The position numbers and the translations under genes are program-made. From the NCBI GenBank assembly GCA_002773855.1, contig PEZY01000005.1, forward strand, positions 122,532-186,531: DNA of 64,000 nucleotides, in the 5' to 3' direction. Positions 59,423 through 64,000 of this stretch are shown piece by piece (position 1 is the first letter of the stretch; the number at the start of each line of letters is the position of its first letter). The notes below the pieces were generated by a model. It saw only the letters and a list, made by a program, of their open reading frames with translations. It was not told the origin of the DNA and searched no databases. The stretch is from Candidatus Buchananbacteria bacterium CG10_big_fil_rev_8_21_14_0_10_33_19. GTDB taxonomy: Bacteria; Patescibacteriota; Patescibacteriia; 2-01-FULL-39-33.

Positions 59423-60796
59423 ATGTCAAAAATAAATCAAACAATTTTTCGAGAATACGATATTAGAGGAAAATATCCTAGTGAAATAGACCTACAAACT
59501 GCCTATTTAATCGGCAAAGCTTTTGCGACTTCACTAAAAGCCAAAAAAATTGCGGCGGCTAGTGATCGACGCCAAGAATCGGCCACTATCATGCCGGCTT
59601 TTTTGTGTGGCATCAAAGACGCTGGTTGTAAAATATATTATTTAGGCATTAACAGCACGCCCACTGTTTTTTTTGCTGTCAAAGAAATGAAACTCGACGG
59701 TGGCGTGGCTTTTACCGCCTCCCACAATCCAATTGGCTACACTGGCTTAAAACTTTGTGACAAAAAAGGTTCACTACTTGGCTTAAATACCGGTGTTAAA
59801 AAAATTAGGCAGCTAGCCCAAAAAATACCCACTCCTGTAAACAATACTTTTACTATGCCCGCCCATACTAATATTGACATAACTTCGGCTTATTATAAAT
59901 TTGCCTCAAAAATTATTGACTTAGATAAAATCCGAGGTTTTAAAATAGTCCTTGATGCTAGTGGTGGCTCTGGTGCCAGATTAGCTGATTATTTTTTTGT
60001 CCGGCTACATTCTAAAATAATAAAAATGAACTTCAAACCCAATGACAAGTTTGCTGATCATGGTCCTAATCCGATGCTAGCCAAAAATCAAAAACTAGCT
60101 AGTCTAGAAGTCAAAAAAACCAAAGCTAATTTAGGCATTATCTATGATGGTGATGGCGACCGATCTATATTTATAGACGACACTGGAAAATTTATTAGTC
60201 CTTATTACATTAATTGTTTATTAGCTAAGATAATACTTAGTAAATACAAAAAAATCGGCATAGTTATGGATGCTCGCCTTAGATTAGGCTTAAGTGAGGT
60301 TATTAAAAATGCTGGCGGCACACCAATTATTTGTCGCTCTGGCTATTCAAATTTAGTAAAACTCATGCAAACCAAAAAAGCACTTTTTGGCTGTGAAAAC
60401 TCTGGTCATTATTTTTTTAATTTTAAATTAATTGATAAAAAAACTAATTTTATTTTTGGTGATGCTATCATGCCTTCACTATTAATTTTGGAGTACTTAA
60501 AAGAAAATAAGCTATCACTCAAAGAAGCTATTACTGAATTCAAAAATAAATATTTTATTTCTGGAGAAATAAATTATGAAAATATAATTTTTGAAAAAGC
60601 CGAGAAATTATTAGCCAAAAAATATGCTAAATATAAAACTGATGATTTAGACGGCTTGTCTATTTATGGCGATGATTGGTTTGTTAATATGCGTCCTTCC
60701 AAAACCGAGCCTATAGTCAGATTAAACATCGAAGCAAAAACCAAAGAAAATCTCCAAAAAATTACCCAAGAAGTGTCCAATTTAATTAAAAAATAA
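59423..60796 (+). CDS. Phosphomannomutase/phosphoglucomutase (alpha-D-phosphohexomutase)
   Basis: Active-site loop TASHNPIGYTGLK, metal-binding DGDGDR. 457 aa. Confidence 0.8.
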   Translation: MSKINQTIFREYDIRGKYPSEIDLQTAYLIGKAFATSLKAKKIAAASDRRQESATIMPAFLCGIKDAGCKIYYLGINSTPTVFFAVKEMKLDGGVAFTASHNPIGYTGLKLCDKKGSLLGLNTGVKKIRQLAQKIPTPVNNTFTMPAHTNIDITSAYYKFASKIIDLDKIRGFKIVLDASGGSGARLADYFFVRLHSKIIKMNFKPNDKFADHGPNPMLAKNQKLASLEVKKTKANLGIIYDGDGDRSIFIDDTGKFISPYYINCLLAKIILSKYKKIGIVMDARLRLGLSEVIKNAGGTPIICRSGYSNLVKLMQTKKALFGCENSGHYFFNFKLIDKKTNFIFGDAIMPSLLILEYLKENKLSLKEAITEFKNKYFISGEINYENIIFEKAEKLLAKKYAKYKTDDLDGLSIYGDDWFVNMRPSKTEPIVRLNIEAKTKENLQKITQEVSNLIKK

Positions 60797-60800
60797 AGCC

Positions 60801-60830
60801 AAAAAACACAGAATAACTTCTGTGTTTTTT
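60801..60830. terminator. Bidirectional terminator (AAAAAACACAGAA-TAAC-TTCTGTGTTTTTT) between the convergent phosphohexomutase gene and trpS
   Basis: Perfect stem flanked by A- and T-runs. Confidence 0.6.
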
Positions 60831-60840
60831 AATATATTTT

Positions 60841-61797
60841 TTATTGTAAACCAATAATTTCTTTAATTTCTCCAATGCTTTTAGCCGCAATTTTTTCCGC
60901 TTTCTTCTGACCATCTTTTAAGACTTTATCAACATATTTACTATTCTTCAATAATTTTTCTTTCTGTTGTCTAAAATCTGTAAAATAATCATATACTCCT
61001 GCAGCAATTATAGCCTTTGTCTCACCCATTCGCTCTGGGTTAAATTCACCAGGCATATTTGTTTCAAAAGCCTGATAAATACCTCGTAAATTTTCAATGC
61101 CCTTGTCAGTAGTTACCGCTTTTTTAATTTTATCTAATATCACTTCTGCTGATTCATCAATACCTAACCAGTGTTTCTCGCCCAAAGATTTAGACATTTT
61201 TTTGTCTGGATCAGCCAAGCTCATGACTCTAGCTGTAGGGGTTAATAGTGGTTTAGCTTCTGGAAAAAAATTAGTCTTATATTTATTATTAAACCATCTA
61301 GCCACATCTCTGGTTAATTCCACATGTTGAATCTGATCTTCACCGACCGGAATTAATTCACCTCGATACAATAATATATCAGCGGCTTGTAGAATTGGGT
61401 AATCAAATAAACCCATATTAATATTCTTTAATTGTCGTCCAGATTTATCTTTAAACTGAGTCATCCGCTCTAGCTCGGCCACTGGTGTGACAGTATTAAA
61501 TATCCAAGCTAATTCTGTACACTGAGGCACTTGAGACTGAATAAAGATAGTCACTTTTTCAGGATCCAAGCCAGCCGCCAAATAATCAACTACTAAATTG
61601 AAAATTTGTTGACGCTTGTCTTCTGGATTATAATTCTCGGTTATTGAATGATAATCCGCCACAAAAAAGAAACAATCATATTTCCCACTGTTTTGAATAT
61701 CAACCCAATTTTTTAGGGCTCCCAAATAATTTCCAATATGGAGTTGACCACTAGGTTGCATACCAGAAACCACTATTTGTTTTTTCATATTTACCAC
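60841..61797 (-). CDS. trpS: Tryptophanyl-tRNA synthetase
   Basis: HIGH-class motif QPSGQLHIGNYLGA and KMSKS. 318 aa. Confidence 0.9.
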   Translation of the reverse strand: MVNMKKQIVVSGMQPSGQLHIGNYLGALKNWVDIQNSGKYDCFFFVADYHSITENYNPEDKRQQIFNLVVDYLAAGLDPEKVTIFIQSQVPQCTELAWIFNTVTPVAELERMTQFKDKSGRQLKNINMGLFDYPILQAADILLYRGELIPVGEDQIQHVELTRDVARWFNNKYKTNFFPEAKPLLTPTARVMSLADPDKKMSKSLGEKHWLGIDESAEVILDKIKKAVTTDKGIENLRGIYQAFETNMPGEFNPERMGETKAIIAAGVYDYFTDFRQQKEKLLKNSKYVDKVLKDGQKKAEKIAAKSIGEIKEIIGLQ

Positions 61798-61930
61798 GTT
61801 AAATTTGATTTATACTCTAGTGTCAGTATTAATTTGTAAGTAGTTTACCAAAAAAATTGACAAACAACAAGCTTAGTTTTAAACTTAAAAAAGTAATCCT
61901 AATCTCATAATCAAGAAAGGGTGGCTAAAT

Positions 61931-62017
61931 ATGACAGAGCATATGGGCATATTCTTACAGTACTTTTTCCTTCTAGGTATAATAATTATCATCATAAAAA
62001 CCATCAAGGAGTGGTAA
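61931..62017 (+). CDS. Candidate 28-aa hydrophobic micro-peptide (MTEHMGIFLQYFFLLGIIIIIIKTIKEW)
   Basis: RBS AAGGGTGG 7 nt upstream. Putative promoter TTGACA(61857)-17nt-TAAACT upstream. Stop overlaps the next start region (TGGTAAAATG). Confidence 0.3.
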   Translation: MTEHMGIFLQYFFLLGIIIIIIKTIKEW

Positions 62018-62018
62018 A

Positions 62019-62192
62019 ATGAAATATAACAGCTGTCCTCACGCTCCACAATTATTTAAAAATGTTCTTTTCAAATTAATTCAAAATGACTTAGTTGTAA
62101 TCTATTGGTGTGATAAATGCAACGGTGAATTCAACCGTCGACCAACATCACTGGAGATTTTAGAAGCCAAGAACCTTGGTATCATCAAATAA
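62019..62192 (+). CDS. Candidate 57-aa zinc-ribbon-like small protein (SCPHAP...CDKCNG)
   Basis: Strong RBS AAGGAG 8 nt upstream. Translationally coupled to the preceding micro-ORF. Two Cys/His pairs. Confidence 0.4.
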   Translation: MKYNSCPHAPQLFKNVLFKLIQNDLVVIYWCDKCNGEFNRRPTSLEILEAKNLGIIK

Positions 62193-62352
62193 CTTGGGGC
62201 AGATATATCTGCCTTTTTTGTTTACTAATTTATTATATTTAGTTTATCAACAACCACTGGCCAAAAACCCTTGACATCATTATTAATTATCGCTATACTG
62301 GATTCTAAAAGTTCTTTAAAAAACTTTACTAATTAATAAAAGATTAAAAGGA

Positions 62353-62742
62353 ATGAAAATTTCTGCCTTACGCTTGCTTTACAAAAAGCAAAAGGCGTGG
62401 GGACTGACAGCAAGTATTGACTTGTCTGGATGCGACCATGAACTTATTCAATCGCCAAAAGCGATAAAACATTTCGTCAAAGAAATGATTACATCGATTA
62501 ACATGCAAACTCATGGACCAATGCATATCGAAAGATTTGCCGAGGGTCATTTGGAAGGTTATTCGGTAATGCAATTTCTTGAGACGTCGTCTCTAACAAT
62601 TCACTTTGATCACATGATCGGAGATCGGGCTTTTATTGATATTTTTAGTTGTAAATTTTTCGACCCAGACAAGGCGGCTAAATTTTCTAAAGAGTATTTT
62701 AAAGCAAATAAAGCAAGAACCAAAACAATTATTCGTTATTAA
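62353..62742 (+). CDS. speH: S-adenosylmethionine decarboxylase proenzyme (small bacterial/archaeal SpeH-type)
   Basis: 129 aa. Architecture of pyruvoyl-dependent AdoMetDC class 1 with conserved ...SIHFDHM... style segment. RBS AAAGGA. Confidence 0.55.
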   Translation: MKISALRLLYKKQKAWGLTASIDLSGCDHELIQSPKAIKHFVKEMITSINMQTHGPMHIERFAEGHLEGYSVMQFLETSSLTIHFDHMIGDRAFIDIFSCKFFDPDKAAKFSKEYFKANKARTKTIIRY

Positions 62743-62747
62743 AATAA

Positions 62748-62789
62748 CAAAACAAAAAACAGCAATTAATTGCTGTTTTTTGTTTTGTT
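62748..62789. terminator. Bidirectional terminator/extended palindrome AACAAAACAAAAAACAGCAATTAATTGCTGTTTTTTGTTTTGTT
   Basis: Perfect inverted repeat centred on AATTAATT with symmetric A/T runs. Confidence 0.6.
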
Positions 62790-62792
62790 ATT

Positions 62793-63440
62793 TTATTTTC
62801 TGATCAACCAAAAGTCCTTCCAATCACCACTTTTCATATCTCGTTTAATAAATATTAAAAACAAGCTACCCAACAGATTAAAGATGACAACTAATATAAA
62901 AACCCATTTAAAGCCTAAATAGTAAGCCAAGCTACCGCCAATAGCTCCAGTCATAGCTGAACCAATATCAGTCAATGTATAATAAACACCTAATTCCGTA
63001 CCCTCTTTACCATTGTCTAAATGACGATGGAAAATTGCCATATAAGCTGGGAAAGTAGCTGCTGTCACCGCTCCATAAATAGCTTGAACTAAATATAACT
63101 GAGGCACTGTTTTAATAAACACATAAGCCAATGGTACAAGTGACATAATAATTGAACCGATAAACACCACCCAAAAATCATCTCTCTCGCCTTTAATCTT
63201 ATCAATCAATGTAGCCAAAGGAATTTGAGCTATGCTTTTAGTAACCAGAAATATAGTCATAGCAATACCAGCCACCTGAATATTAGCCCCATCTATATAG
63301 TCAGTTATAAAGACAGCAAAGATTGGTCCTAGTAAACCATAGCTACCGACTATTATTAAATCAGAAATAATCATCCAACGTATCACTGAGCTAAAATTAA
63401 ACATTAAATAATTTTGCCACCCAGAATACCTTTTATTCAT
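62793..63440 (-). CDS. Six-TM membrane protein resembling one half of an MFS transporter
   Basis: 215 aa with about 6 hydrophobic helices. Confidence 0.45.
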   Translation of the reverse strand: MNKRYSGWQNYLMFNFSSVIRWMIISDLIIVGSYGLLGPIFAVFITDYIDGANIQVAGIAMTIFLVTKSIAQIPLATLIDKIKGERDDFWVVFIGSIIMSLVPLAYVFIKTVPQLYLVQAIYGAVTAATFPAYMAIFHRHLDNGKEGTELGVYYTLTDIGSAMTGAIGGSLAYYLGFKWVFILVVIFNLLGSLFLIFIKRDMKSGDWKDFWLIRK

Positions 63441-63457
63441 ATTATTTTTTTAATAAA

Positions 63458-64000
63458 TTAAACTTCAATAATGACTGGTAAAATCATTGGTCGCTTTTCT
63501 GTTTTTTGAAATAAAAATTTACCAATTTCATTTCTAAGTTTTTCCCTGATAATTTGTTCATCAGGTGAGGTCTTAGGATTATGATCTTTTAAAAGTTTCT
63601 TAGCTTTTTGTCTGGTCATTTCAATTAATTTTTTATTCTCTTTCATATAAACAAAACCTCGAGAAATTAAATCTGGATTATGAACTAGTTCGCCAGTTTT
63701 ACGACTAATAGTAGCGATAATTACTAACATACCATCTTCGGCCATCATCTGACGATCACGTAAAATAATATTATGACTATCAGAAACACCTAAGCCGTCA
63801 ACGAACACATAATCAGTAATCGCCTTTTTATTAGAAATACGACCACCTTTTTTATCAAATTCCATTATGGTTCCATTGTTGGGTACAAATATTCTGTCCC
63901 TTCTAAAGCCATCATTAATAGCTAATTTTTCTGCTTCTTTTAACATATAATGATTAGCATAAACTGGAATATAATAATCCGGTTTAACAGTTTTCAAAAA
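63458..64000 (-). CDS. rnj: Ribonuclease J, C-terminal portion (gene continues beyond the window end)
   Basis: KPDYYIPVYANHYMLKEAEKLA, HNPDLISRGFVYMKE and terminal RPMILPVIIEV match RNase J beta-CASP/C-terminal regions. The N-terminus is not in the window. Confidence 0.65.
   Translation of the reverse strand, partial: FLKTVKPDYYIPVYANHYMLKEAEKLAINDGFRRDRIFVPNNGTIMEFDKKGGRISNKKAITDYVFVDGLGVSDSHNIILRDRQMMAEDGMLVIIATISRKTGELVHNPDLISRGFVYMKENKKLIEMTRQKAKKLLKDHNPKTSPDEQIIREKLRNEIGKFLFQKTEKRPMILPVIIEV

Overview
AT-rich (~32-35% GC), gene-dense bacterial window with short intergenic spacers, overlapping start/stop codons, no rRNA and no recognisable transposase. The gene content (FemAB, a VirB4-type ATPase, small hydrophobic pilin-like proteins, a 3003-aa secreted giant protein, ComF, a reduced housekeeping set) suggests a small-genome Patescibacteria/CPR-like organism (Saccharibacteria-like); this is inference only. 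Recognisable housekeeping genes: htpX, clpC-like, radA, recG, ksgA, leuS, efp, rpsF-ssb-rpsR, ychF, folD, glyA, an Elp3-like radical-SAM/GNAT, a phosphohexomutase, trpS, an AdoMet decarboxylase, an RNase J C-terminal fragment, and three minus-strand tRNAs (Arg-GCG?, Ser-GCT, Ser-TGA). Accessory content: (i) a ~18.5-kb minus-strand operon (36052->17595) encoding a TSP3-repeat protein, a giant CBM-repeat secreted protein, a VirB6-like polytopic protein, a VirB4 ATPase, small membrane proteins and ComF; (ii) a plus-strand cluster of PD40 protein, DsbA and two T4SS-pilin-like genes, one fused to a lytic transglycosylase, sharing a ~187-bp near-identical DNA tract; (iii) an extra-AT-rich nucleotidyltransferase + sulfotransferase pair next to FemAB, GNAT and MFS genes. 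The most unusual feature is a ~57% GC islet (53.39-54.32 kb) carrying its own consensus promoter, one CDS and two terminators, bracketed by ~178-bp structured direct repeats. Its product is a divergent paralogue of an AT-rich native gene 3 kb away, and both copies have ~100-nt leaders. The tRNA-Ser pair is separated by a GC-rich ~165-nt spacer with SRP-RNA-like motifs and a 29-nt duplication of the tRNA 3' end.
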